Shown: piece after piece, positions 1 through 9,234 of the stretch
How the letters are laid out: each line of letters begins with the position of its first letter
Numbering within the stretch: the stretch's first letter is position 1
Assembly: GCA_050951545.1 (NCBI GenBank)
Contig: JBMNJG010000002.1
Coordinates: 64,001 to 128,000, forward strand
Reading direction: 5' to 3'
Origin: Limnochordia bacterium
GTDB lineage: Bacteria > Bacillota > Limnochordia > DTU080
Length of the DNA: 64,000 nt
Position numbers and translations under genes: made by a program
The notes under the pieces: model-generated
The model's database searches: none
What the model saw: the letters and a program-made list of their open reading frames with translations, nothing else
Told to the model about the DNA's origin: nothing

Positions 1-1911
1 AACGTCATACGCCATCCTTCGTCAAGGTACAACCGAGGCGCAGTGCTCTTCGCCCAGTGGCGAGGCCATGCCCGAGAACATGTCTCCGGAGGCACCTTCC
101 CTACAGGCCTCTTTGGCACAAATGAGTGGACTCAGATCACCGTGCCCTTTACCTACCGCATTCCGGAGAACGTAGGCTACGTGGAGATACTGCTGGGCAT
201 CGAAGGCTCCGGTACTGCGTGGTTCCGTGACCTTGTTGTCAGTAAGATCACTGAGTGGGATGGCTATGAACTACTGATTCCGGCAGACGATCAGGTCATA
301 AGCAGCGCTCTTCCTACGTTCCTCTGGCGATCGCCCGCCTCGTTTGCCCGATACGAGGTTGAGATCAGTTCCTCGCCCGACTTCCCTGAAGAGCAGACCA
401 CCATACTGCATGCTTCCGGCACAACGGCCCAACCGACTCAGCCGCTATCACCCGGCACGTGGTACTGGCGGGTACGCGGCTTTGCCAGCAATAACCGCAT
501 TGGCCCCCCTAGCAAGACCAGCGCCTTCCGTGTGCCACTCACAGTGCCCCCACAGATCATGCCCGGTTGGGGCCATTCTAGCGAGGCTCGCCCGCACCTA
601 GAGGTATCCATCTTCCCACCCGGCGCCGCTCAGCAGATGACTGCTTCTATTAGCGGTGTCCCAGCTGAGCTGATCATTCTGGAAAAAGGAAAGGCGATCT
701 TTGCCCCTACCGCGGATTTGCCACCTGGGATTCATGAGGTGGAGATAAAGGCCCACGGTTTCGGTGACCAGGTGACGACAACTCGAGATATTCTCGTCAC
801 GAAAAGTCCCGGAAGCCACGTCTCCATGCGCCGCGATGGCCTACTGCTCGTGGATGGCCAGCCCTTCTTCCCGATAGGAGCCTATCGCGATCCGAGTGAT
901 TCGTTAACTGATTTCTCTGGCCTCAAAGAGGCTGGCTTCAACATGGCGCATGCCTACGTATTCGAGGAGCAGTGGACCTCTCCTTCGATGGCTAACGCCT
1001 ACTTGGATGCCGCCTGTCAGAACAACCTGCGCGTCTTCTTAGGACTGAACCGTGAGCAGGTCAAGGGGAATCTGGTCCTCGCCACAAAGCGCTGGGCTGC
1101 GGAACTCATGGACAGGCCAGCACTACTAACTTGGTACCTCTACGACGAACCCGAAATCCGAGACGTATCGCCCGACACCATACGGCAGCACGCCGCGGCT
1201 GTTCGCGCCGCCGATCCGTTCCACCCCACATCCGTTGTCATCTCCAGACCTGTGGCGTACGAACTCTATGCACCGAGCGCAGACATTCTCTGGGTCGATC
1301 CATATCCAGTGCCTACCCGAGCACTCACATTGGTAGAGGAGAATGTGCAGCTGGCACGAACAGCTGCACCAGACCAGCCTGTATGGGCAGTGATACAGGC
1401 GTTTGACAACGAAGTCTGGAGAGACAAGCAGCTTCAACAAGAGGCAAGGCAGGGCCTACGGGCCCCAAGTCGACCGACCCCGGAGGAGATTCGCAACATG
1501 GCTTTCCAAGCATTGGCCGCCGGGGCGAAGGGTATTGTCTTTTACTGGACACCCAACACTGCCTATCACATTCAAAAGCACGCCCCAGTGACTTGGCAAG
1601 GCGTTGTGGATACGGTACAGACCCTCAACCGACTGATGCCCTTCTTGATAGCCGAAGAGACAGAAGCTGATGCCCTCCGTGTGGTTCAGCCCTTGCGCTC
1701 TTGGTCTAGAAACGTGGATGGCCAGCGCGTCGTGGTCCTTATCAACACCACAGAGGACACGATCACCGCACGAGTGGATCTCAATCAGTTTGCGGCGAGT
1801 CGCATCTACGATGACTCTGATGGTTCACCGATCGCCTTAGAAGCAGGGCAGCTACGCACAGAGTTCGCTCCCTATGAAGTGAAAGTGTATCGGCTGGACC
1901 CTGTGCAGTGA
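1..1911 (+). CDS. Multidomain carbohydrate-active protein, 5'-truncated by the window (CBM-like and FN3/Ig-like domains, then a glycoside hydrolase-like TIM barrel)
   Basis: Frame is open from base 1. Motifs GTxEWTQIT (CBM4/9-like), GTWYWRVRG (FN3-like), LLVDGQPFFPIG, WYLYDEP and DPYP are typical of clan-A-like hydrolases. Confidence 0.65.
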   Translation, partial: NVIRHPSSRYNRGAVLFAQWRGHAREHVSGGTFPTGLFGTNEWTQITVPFTYRIPENVGYVEILLGIEGSGTAWFRDLVVSKITEWDGYELLIPADDQVISSALPTFLWRSPASFARYEVEISSSPDFPEEQTTILHASGTTAQPTQPLSPGTWYWRVRGFASNNRIGPPSKTSAFRVPLTVPPQIMPGWGHSSEARPHLEVSIFPPGAAQQMTASISGVPAELIILEKGKAIFAPTADLPPGIHEVEIKAHGFGDQVTTTRDILVTKSPGSHVSMRRDGLLLVDGQPFFPIGAYRDPSDSLTDFSGLKEAGFNMAHAYVFEEQWTSPSMANAYLDAACQNNLRVFLGLNREQVKGNLVLATKRWAAELMDRPALLTWYLYDEPEIRDVSPDTIRQHAAAVRAADPFHPTSVVISRPVAYELYAPSADILWVDPYPVPTRALTLVEENVQLARTAAPDQPVWAVIQAFDNEVWRDKQLQQEARQGLRAPSRPTPEEIRNMAFQALAAGAKGIVFYWTPNTAYHIQKHAPVTWQGVVDTVQTLNRLMPFLIAEETEADALRVVQPLRSWSRNVDGQRVVVLINTTEDTITARVDLNQFAASRIYDDSDGSPIALEAGQLRTEFAPYEVKVYRLDPVQ

Positions 1912-2038
1912 CACTACGCGACCGATCAAACCCTCTAGGCTATAGGAACAGGCTTTCCCTGAAAGCTTTAGCGGTCTATTGGCCGCCGCCAAAGGCGATT
2001 GCTGGCCAGAGTTCATCAAGGAAGACGGTGCAAAAACC

Positions 2039-4036
2039 ATGCCACATGTCTTAGGTTCTTCAGTGGGAACATCCTTTCAGACGTGGCTCCGTGGACACGT
2101 GCGGAACCGCGGTGAAGTACCGAAGTTTCCCGAAACCGAATCCGAAATTGCTACCCACAAGCAGGCGGTCAGAGCAATTCTGCAAAAGGCAGCCGGACCA
2201 ATTCCGACATATGAACCACTGGCCGCTGAGATTCACCAAGTACATAAAAGGGACGGGTACCGCATTGAGGCTGTGAGTTTCCCGACATTTGCCGGATTGC
2301 GCATGACTGCCAACGCCTACGTTCCGGATGTCAATGAACCCGTTCCGGGTATCCTTGCTGTTCACGGGCACTCGGCCCATGCCCGTCGGGATACGCAGAC
2401 GCAACAACGGTGCACTGCACTTGCGAAATTAGGCTACTTCGTGTTAGCAGTGGACGCCATAGGAAACGGTGAACGAAGTACTGAGTTACCCGGCTCCTAC
2501 CATGGCGGCAATGAAGCTGCCGCTCTCCTCCTGACCGGTTACTCCGTCTTTGGAATTCAGCTGTACGAAAACTATCGGGCATGCGATTATTTGATATCCC
2601 GACCGGAAGTGGATGCGAGTCGCTTGGCCATCTCAGGCGCATCGGGCGGGGGAAATCAGAGTTTCTATTCCGGAGCTTGGGACGATCGCTTTACCGCAGT
2701 TGTCCCTGTCTGTTCCACGGGCGCTTACCGTAAGATGATCGGCACGCACAACTGCATGTGCGAAACGCCATTTGGGGTTGCCGGTAACCTTGAGCAATAT
2801 GACATCATGGCCACGATTGCCCCGCGAGCACTATTGGTGATTAGCGCCCGGGTTGACAACTTCAGCTTCCGCTTTGAGGATGCTCAGGCCACCATGACTC
2901 AAGCGGCAAGAGTGTGGGGTCTTATCGGATGTCCCGAAAAGGTAGCATTTGAGGGCCTCCCGATACAACACGGCTATCCGCCCGTCGCTAGGGAAGTGGC
3001 TTTGGGCTGGTTCAGCCGTTGGCTTAAAGGCGCCGAAGACGCCACGCCCGTTATTGAGCCTGCTGTTCAGATTGAGGATTATGCAACAATCTCATGTTAC
3101 CCTTTGGCGACCTCGCCTCAGGTGATGACACTTCCTACACTCTTTACCCAGAAACGAAAAGCGGTTACGCCAGAAGGCTCGGAGCCAGGAATAGACGATG
3201 TGCGAGAGCTTTTCGGCACGCCCTCTGTGACAACACTTGAGGTCGAGCCAATCACCCGGCTACCCGGACTGACCCCTGGCTCCACAGGCGTAAGTTACGT
3301 ATTTCAAGCTGACAACGGGATGGTCATCCCATCCATCACCTACTGGCCAGACTACTCACATTCCGCCCAAAGTACCCTCTTGATGGTCGGAGACTCTAAG
3401 GATGACCTCACGAAGAACCCTTTGGCCAGGCAAGCCTTGCTGGCTGGCAGTTCGGTCTGGATCGTTGATCTTCCAGGATTGGGAGAAAGTAGGCTACCAG
3501 GGGAAATAGGGGAGTACATTCAACGAGTCCTCAGCATACGCGGCTCGGTAAGCGCCTTTCGCGCCTGCCACCTTCTGGGTCTGAGCTTAGGCGGCCTGTG
3601 GATCGGGACCGTGCAGTCGTTGTTCGCCCAGTTATCCAAGACGACGCCGACGGTCTCTCTTGCCGTAGCCGGAGGACCCGCTACTATCTTCCTCGCAGGG
3701 GCTGGACTTTTTGACGGATTTGAGCGATTGACGATCTTCAATCCGTTGGGCTCGTACCGCCTCGGGGAGCGGTTTTTCGATCTCCCCTACGAATCGTTCA
3801 TTCCCAGGCTCCTTAGAGTCGGGGACATCCCGGACCTAGCGGCGCTGGCAGCCCCCAACCCTCTTACCGTTGTGGCACCTGTCGCCCAGGACGGCACGCC
3901 TTTGGCAGTCGATGAAGCCGCGCGGGTTTTCACACCCGTCAGGAAGCGATATGAAGCCTACGGCAAACCACAGGCGTTCCATCTTGTCGGTGCAGCAGAA
4001 GCGACCTCACTTGTGCTGTCGGAGTTGACCACTTAG
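2039..4036 (+). CDS. Alpha/beta hydrolase (acetylxylan esterase/dienelactone hydrolase-like) with a duplicated fold
   Basis: VHGH motif, nucleophile elbow GASGGG, CMCE motif; degenerate second hydrolase half. ATG 2039 is preferred over TTG 1979. Confidence 0.75.
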   Translation: MPHVLGSSVGTSFQTWLRGHVRNRGEVPKFPETESEIATHKQAVRAILQKAAGPIPTYEPLAAEIHQVHKRDGYRIEAVSFPTFAGLRMTANAYVPDVNEPVPGILAVHGHSAHARRDTQTQQRCTALAKLGYFVLAVDAIGNGERSTELPGSYHGGNEAAALLLTGYSVFGIQLYENYRACDYLISRPEVDASRLAISGASGGGNQSFYSGAWDDRFTAVVPVCSTGAYRKMIGTHNCMCETPFGVAGNLEQYDIMATIAPRALLVISARVDNFSFRFEDAQATMTQAARVWGLIGCPEKVAFEGLPIQHGYPPVAREVALGWFSRWLKGAEDATPVIEPAVQIEDYATISCYPLATSPQVMTLPTLFTQKRKAVTPEGSEPGIDDVRELFGTPSVTTLEVEPITRLPGLTPGSTGVSYVFQADNGMVIPSITYWPDYSHSAQSTLLMVGDSKDDLTKNPLARQALLAGSSVWIVDLPGLGESRLPGEIGEYIQRVLSIRGSVSAFRACHLLGLSLGGLWIGTVQSLFAQLSKTTPTVSLAVAGGPATIFLAGAGLFDGFERLTIFNPLGSYRLGERFFDLPYESFIPRLLRVGDIPDLAALAAPNPLTVVAPVAQDGTPLAVDEAARVFTPVRKRYEAYGKPQAFHLVGAAEATSLVLSELTT

Positions 4037-4080
4037 CGAAGGAAGAGCAAGTCGGCAAGAGAAAAGCCTTCCGCTCACGG

Positions 4081-4122
4081 CCACCCCCTATATGAGCGCT
4101 CAGACGCTCATATAGGGGGTGG
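4081..4122. terminator. Perfect 18-bp hairpin, probable terminator or element boundary
   Basis: ccaccccctatatgagcg-ctcaga-cgctcatatagggggtgg just after the hydrolase stop; no U-tract. Confidence 0.5.
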
Positions 4123-4349
4123 AGTGCGCAAACCAGTTGTTAGCGTACTCGAAACTTGCAGAAGCCCTCTTTCTACACGCTCGAACTCAATCGCCTGTCG
4201 CAATGAAGCTCGACAGATCTCCGGGTCAACCAACTCGATTTTGAACTCTCCGCTCACATCAGAACCGCAGCCACGGCGCGGCAGAACCGACGCGGGGGAA
4301 CTCCCCAGACAGCAATATCGATTTCTGACCATTGAGTAAGGCGATGCGA

Positions 4350-4464
4350 ACCCACCAAAGACCCAAACGCTAACGAGGGTGAATTGGTGCCAGGGCGCCG
4401 TTATCCGTCTGCTGTTGGCGAGAACGATGTCAAAGTAGCCCCACACTCGCTTGCCTTGACCCGT
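4350..4464 (-). pseudogene. Possible C-terminal fragment of IscB
   Basis: GKRVWGYFDIVLANSRRITAPWHQFTLVS resembles IscB C-termini (GRRxxGYFDI) and abuts the omegaRNA-like sequence. Confidence 0.45.
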
Positions 4465-4657
4465 ACTGTCTAACCACGAGCCGCAGAGCCTGGGGCTGGA
4501 GAAGCACCCCAGGGTGCCTATATACTTGCGGGTAACGTAGCCGAGCACAGCCCAGCCAAGTCTGGTTGAGCTGGCCGTAGCCCGCAGGCTACAGCCTGTG
4601 GCGCAATCCCGCAAGCCACGGAGGGCTGAGGAGAGTGCGTCAAGTCAAGCGCTCAAC
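4465..4657 (-). ncRNA. HEARO/IscB omegaRNA-like scaffold, 5' part
   Basis: Minus strand reads gctcaaccagact...ctacgttacccgcaagtatataggcaccctggggtgcttctccagccccaggctctgcgg...gttagacag, the motif order of IscB omegaRNAs. Confidence 0.7.
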
Positions 4658-4757
4658 AAGATCCCTCAACCATGGAGAACGCCCCATCGACGTTGCCTAA
4701 AGGACTGCTTCGATACTCTTCGGCGGAGCCTGGGAATTATGAAAGGCGCCAGTCGGA

Positions 4758-4778
4758 GGGTGCACACAGGAAATCGCG
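4758..4778 (-). mobile_element. ISKra4/ISLre2-like terminal inverted-repeat remnant
   Basis: gggtgcacacaggaaatcgcg matches the reverse complement of 60410-60430 (gggtgcacacgcgaaattgcg) at 18/21 positions. Confidence 0.5.
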
Positions 4779-4871
4779 ATGAGCAGTAGGGCACAGATGA
4801 GGCCCTCTAGGGCCGCTCATTATTCAAGAAAGAGTGTGTGATAGAGAGAGCCATTGCCTGGCCCAAGGCCA

Positions 4872-5936
4872 TTACGTGTTCTGTGTGTCGGCCAGCTCAG
4901 GTGTGGATTCCTTGGTGGGCGCCCAGCCACGCTCTGCCCTCTCACGATAGCTCTCGCAGCGTCTCTCCAGGTAGTTGATCAACACGCGATTGCAGCGTAC
5001 GCCGCGCCGCAGCGGTAGCCGTTTGCCGATCTCTTGCAGCAAGGTCTGCCAGCCCAGTTCCTCGCCCCGGACTTCTATCAGCGTGACCCCTTTTTCCTTA
5101 GACATCTCTCGCTTCATTTGGTCACGCTCCTTTTGCGCAGCCACTACCTCTTCATCAAACCAGTTCGTGACGCTGTAGTGCTGCTGCCCATTGAACTCAA
5201 AGGCCACCCAGTGGTGGTAATAGAAGCGGTCGTACTCGAGTGACTCGTCCGTAAGGGGGTTTGTCAAGATGTCCGGTGTCGAACCATCGTGATAGGATCT
5301 GGAAGCCACAAGGGCTGATAGCATGGCCTGCATCAAGGCCTCCCCATAGTAGGGCACCCCCATGAGGCGATCTCGCACTTTCAGCACTTCGGTGATGTGC
5401 TTGGCTTTGACGGGATTGCGGAGGTGAAAACGAATCGGGGCATGCTTGTTCGCTTGCTCTAGCTCTAGCCAACGCAATTCCGCCAAGTGACAGACAGCAC
5501 GCTTGACCGTCTTGGCGTTGAGATTCATCATCTCAGCCAGCGAGGCGTATGTGAAAGTGCATTCCGAAGTACTGTCCTTGGGGAGCGACCCCAATACACC
5601 ATAGACTATCTTGGCCTGAGCTTTTACGTTGGTTGACATGATCAGCTCAGCAGGTATGACTGCCGTTTGACCGGATAGCTGCCAGCGCACACGCTTCCTC
5701 TTCGCTTTCGGTGGGGTATACCAGCCGTCGGCAATGAGTTTCGCTCTCGCTCTGCGGATGGTGGGGCGAGACAACCCGGTGCGCCTGGCCAGGCGAGTAG
5801 GCGAGAATAGGAACTTCCGATTCAAATGGGCATCTAGCTGTAGGGCCAGCCAAATCACCTTATCGGTCGCCTGTAGCTCACTGGAGGTCAACAGAGAAAC
5901 AGGCACGTACACCTTTTCAGCCGCTTCCATATACAA
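4872..5936 (-). CDS. Tandem HTH protein with C-terminal PD-(D/E)XK (Vsr/DUF559-like) nuclease domain, paralog 1
   Basis: Two HTH repeats (SPTRLARRTGLSRPTIRRARAKL; TYASLAEMMNLNAKTVKRAVCHL) and LEYDRFY...AFEFNGQQHY. RBS GGAGGTG and the TTG start are conserved with the 59073 paralog; the ORF-finder extension to 6404 is not supported. Confidence 0.75.
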   Translation of the reverse strand: MYMEAAEKVYVPVSLLTSSELQATDKVIWLALQLDAHLNRKFLFSPTRLARRTGLSRPTIRRARAKLIADGWYTPPKAKRKRVRWQLSGQTAVIPAELIMSTNVKAQAKIVYGVLGSLPKDSTSECTFTYASLAEMMNLNAKTVKRAVCHLAELRWLELEQANKHAPIRFHLRNPVKAKHITEVLKVRDRLMGVPYYGEALMQAMLSALVASRSYHDGSTPDILTNPLTDESLEYDRFYYHHWVAFEFNGQQHYSVTNWFDEEVVAAQKERDQMKREMSKEKGVTLIEVRGEELGWQTLLQEIGKRLPLRRGVRCNRVLINYLERRCESYRERAERGWAPTKESTPELADTQNT

Positions 5937-5956
5937 GAGGCCCACCTCCCATAGCC

Positions 5957-6010
5957 GGAATGTCTGTTCCCAGGAACTAGTGTTCGACTCGCTGCAGCGG
6001 AATCCTTCCA
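5957..6010 (-). promoter_or_regulatory. SigH-like promoter overlapping Gram-positive LexA (SOS) boxes
   Basis: GAAC-TAGT-GTTC at 5974-5985, degenerate GAAT-GTCT-GTTC at 5958-5969; minus strand AGGA-N17-GAAC. Confidence 0.6.
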
Positions 6011-6062
6011 GGTAATAGACAGACCGCTGCAAGAGCCGCCTCGCACAAGGCATGCCGCCTGA

Positions 6063-6377
6063 ACGCGACAAACCGTGTCGGATTCGGTCCATTTCTGTTG
6101 CCCCAGACGGGCAATCAAACGGGCCAGCAGGGTTTTTCGCGGTTTTTGACTGTACAAGTGAGCTCTTGGGAGCGTTTACAGACGGAAACGAAAACCGAAA
6201 CCGACCTCTTTTGCCAGCCCTCCAGCCTGCCCCAAGCACTTGAGACGGATACCAGCGAACGCCTCCGCGCCGGGGGGATACCCAGGCAGACCCCATTGGC
6301 AAGATACAGGAGTGAGGAATAATGGATGTTTCTGGTAGGGGCTGTGGAGTCTGTGGGCATCTCGCAGAGTTGTCCAT
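6063..6377. repeat. Long dispersed repeat, copy A
   Basis: Aligns to 6708-7038 (gtgtcgg.ttcggtcc, caagtgagctct, cgacctcttttgccagccct, ctcgcagagttgtccat). Confidence 0.85.
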
Positions 6378-6510
6378 GGAAACGCTACGTTCTGAGTCAG
6401 CCAAAATGGCCTAGTATCCTCATCAGAAAGTAAGCCAGCCGGAAGACGAGATGCTCTCGAAAAACCAGCCGCGCCATTGCTGGTTCCTTTTTTTCCCGTG
6501 GAAAGGATGT

Positions 6511-6567
6511 GGGCTGTGGATTCTGATGGGTAACCCTCTGGGTTACCGACAGACTCCACCGCCCCTA
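6511..6567. repeat. Inverted copy of the 57-nt hairpin unit at 6997-7053
   Basis: gggctgtggattctgatgg is the exact reverse complement of 7035-7053; the inner hairpin shows compensatory changes. Confidence 0.75.
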
Positions 6568-6705
6568 GAATCGATCGATCTATGCTAGAGGGGTACAGCC
6601 GGTCATTCGCGATGCCCACACAGGCCCAGAAAATGCGATTGGGGCAGCGATGTCGGGTGCACCTCATGCGCAGTGTTCTCACGCATGTCCCCGCCTCAGC
6701 ACAGG

Positions 6706-7053
6706 TGACACGGCAAACGGTGTCGGTTTCGGTCCGTTTGTGTTACTCTAGAAGGCCAATCGGACGGGCCGGTGCCACCTTTTCGTGGTTTCTGGGTGTG
6801 CAAGTGAGCTCTGGCGGCGGTTATGGACCGAAGCAAAGACCGAAGACGACCTCTTTTGCCAGCCCTTCAGCCTACCTCAGCCTGCCGCAAACGCAGCATC
6901 TGCAATGCAGGCCGCCGCGTCCCTCTCCGGGGGGCGCGGCCGAGAGTGACCCCATAGGGGCAAGACACAGGAATAGGGGATAATCGATGTTCTTGGTAGG
7001 GGCTGTGGGGTCTGTGGGCAACTCGCAGAGTTGTCCATCAGAATCCACAGCCC
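6706..7053. repeat. Long dispersed repeat, copy B
   Basis: First ~50 nt identical to copy C; remainder similar to copy A. Confidence 0.85.
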
Positions 7054-7146
7054 TTTTTCTTGAGGTAGCGTCAAGAGCGTAGCCAGAGCGGGAGCCTGCG
7101 CTCGTCGACGCCGCGATCAGAAGAGACTCAGTGGTGGAATGCCGCT

Positions 7147-7302
7147 TGACACGGCAAACGGTGTCGGTTTCGGTCCGTTTGTGTTACTCTAGAAGGCAGA
7201 TCGGACGAGCCAGTGGAGTTTTCGCGGCTTCTGAGTGTGCAAGTGAGCTCTGGCGGCGGTTACAGAGGGTAGCAACAACCAGAGCCGACCTCTTTTGCCA
7301 GC
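7147..7302. repeat. Long dispersed repeat, copy C (core only)
   Basis: tgacacggcaaacggtgtcggtttcggtccgtttgtgttactctagaagg is identical to 6706 onward; ends at cgacctcttttgccagc. Confidence 0.85.
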
Positions 7303-7587
7303 GATCTGTACCTCAATCGTGAACTCGCCGACCGATAGGGATCGGTCGGCGCTCAGACTGCTATGAGTAGTCGAGGAGAGAACGGGGAACCTAGACTGGA
7401 ACGCAGGGTAACTGTGGTTGTTCTGTGTGCGGTCCCCGGCCAACCGCTTGCCTTTCGTATCTACCTGGAGGATACCTGTGCTGGCTAGCGAATCAATTGT
7501 AGTTGCACCATCAGACTTTCTAGCCCACTACGTATGCGCAGAGGGCTGTTCGTCTACGATATTGTGCAGATACGTAGAGGTGATCGG

Positions 7588-8082
7588 ATGCTTAAGAGTA
7601 AGCAGGCCCACATAGTACGCTCAGTGGGGCTGGTGCTGGCATGTGTGCTTGTCGGTTACGGGTTTGCTCGTGTGCTGCCTTTTCCCGGGCGACGCTCAGC
7701 ACCCCCGCCCGCTGCCGAGGCAAATGTCGTTGCCGAGCTGATATTAGAGCCCCGGACGCCAACCGAAGCTGGCACCGTGCATGGCGCATTCTCTGTGACG
7801 GCGCGTCTGGTCAATAGTGGGCAAGAGGACTTGCGCGACCTCGTGGTCATTGCGGATCAAGTTCACGCCCTGGCTGGCTACTCCGGTGTACTACCTAAGA
7901 GTGAACGCAAGATGCAGTATATCGCCTTGTTACCAGCTGGCAAACAGGTGTCGTTGCGGTTCACGGGATTTGAGACATTTCACCCAGAGGAAAAGCAAGA
8001 GGTCATCGTCAGTGTCCTTGGGCATCCCGGGGTGCGCAAGACCGTCTACCGAGCTGTCTTTGCGCCAGGCAGCAACGACTGA
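7588..8082 (+). CDS. Membrane-anchored hypothetical protein with a possible Ig-like domain
   Basis: RBS gaggtg before ATG 7588; N-terminal TM helix and beta-rich C-terminal part. Confidence 0.6.
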   Translation: MLKSKQAHIVRSVGLVLACVLVGYGFARVLPFPGRRSAPPPAAEANVVAELILEPRTPTEAGTVHGAFSVTARLVNSGQEDLRDLVVIADQVHALAGYSGVLPKSERKMQYIALLPAGKQVSLRFTGFETFHPEEKQEVIVSVLGHPGVRKTVYRAVFAPGSND

Positions 8083-8097
8083 CTATCGTGTGCTTGC

Positions 8098-9210
8098 TCA
8101 GACATTGAAGCGAAACAGCACAACGTCCCCATCCTGGATCAGGTAGTCACGCCCCTCAACGCGGACGCGGCCTTGCTCACGGGCACGAACGAAAGAGCCG
8201 ATGCTTACCAGCTCCTCCCAGTGGACGACCTCTGCGCGGATGAAGCCGCGCTCCATGTCGCTATGGATCATTCCCGCTGCCTGCGGCGCTGCCGTCCCAG
8301 CCACCAAGGGCCAAGCGCGAGTCTGGGGTCCCTTTACCGTGTAGAACGTGATCAGCCCCAACTGAGTGTACATCGCTCGAGCTAGTCGAAATAGACCGAG
8401 TTCGGAAAGCCCCAACTCCTCCAGGAAGGCTTCGGCTTCATCGCGAGATAACTCAGCGAGCTCGGCCTCCAACTGAGCGGACATCGCGACGTAGCCCGCC
8501 TCCTGTTGCGCCGCAAACTCTTCGACTTGGCGAGCAGCAGGACCCTCGCCAGTTAGGTCATCCTCGGCGACATTCGCACAATAGACTACAGGTTTGGCAG
8601 TGAGCAGCCCGAGTTCGCGCCACAGCCATTCCTCTTCGCTGGACGCTACGTTGGGTAGGCGGCCCACCAGTGAGCGGGCCGCCTTTCCCCGCTGCAACCC
8701 ATCCTTGATGAACTGCAGCGCCTCCATCTCTTCTTTGAACCGTGCCTCGCCAGTTTTGAGGTCCCGTGCCAGACGCTCGACTCTCTTAGTCACGGTCTGC
8801 AGATCGGCGAGCATCAGCTCGGTCTCCACGATCTCGATGTCTGCCAGGGGATCAACAGCCCCCGTCACGTGTGCCACGTTATCGTCTTCAAAGCAGCGCA
8901 CCACATGCGCCACGGCATCGACTTGCCGTATGTGCCCGAGAAACTGATTGCCCAGCCCTTCGCCCTGGCTGGCGCCTCGGACCAGTCCTGCTATGTCCAC
9001 GAATTGGAGAGCCGCCCCCACCACCTCTTCAGGTCCAATTACGCGCACAATAGCGTCGAGGCGAGGATCCGACAAGACAGCGACCCCTACGTTAGGCTCA
9101 ATTGTGCAGAACGGATAGTTCGCCACATTGGCGCCCGCAGCAGTGAGAGCGTTAAACAACGTCGACTTGCCCACGTTAGGTAGGCCTACAAGTCCCGCTT
9201 GTACAGACAT
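8098..9210 (-). CDS. ychF: Redox-regulated ATPase YchF
   Basis: GLPNVGKST, NYPFCTIEPN, DIAGLV, C-terminal DGDVVLFRFNV. Confidence 0.97.
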   Translation of the reverse strand: MSVQAGLVGLPNVGKSTLFNALTAAGANVANYPFCTIEPNVGVAVLSDPRLDAIVRVIGPEEVVGAALQFVDIAGLVRGASQGEGLGNQFLGHIRQVDAVAHVVRCFEDDNVAHVTGAVDPLADIEIVETELMLADLQTVTKRVERLARDLKTGEARFKEEMEALQFIKDGLQRGKAARSLVGRLPNVASSEEEWLWRELGLLTAKPVVYCANVAEDDLTGEGPAARQVEEFAAQQEAGYVAMSAQLEAELAELSRDEAEAFLEELGLSELGLFRLARAMYTQLGLITFYTVKGPQTRAWPLVAGTAAPQAAGMIHSDMERGFIRAEVVHWEELVSIGSFVRAREQGRVRVEGRDYLIQDGDVVLFRFNV

Positions 9211-9234
9211 CAGCGCATCACCTTCTTGGCCCTT

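Noticed and set aside
4108-4614. 168-aa ORF as a real gene
   Set aside because: It is mostly translation of the omegaRNA-like scaffold; only a short IscB-like stub looks protein-derived.
5937-6404. N-terminal extension of the 510-aa ORF
   Set aside because: It runs through the promoter and repeat A; the paralog alignment and RBS place the start at 5936.
6655-6675. gggtgcacc as a further IS end
   Set aside because: Only 8 nt match the IR seen at 4758 and 60430, which is compatible with chance.
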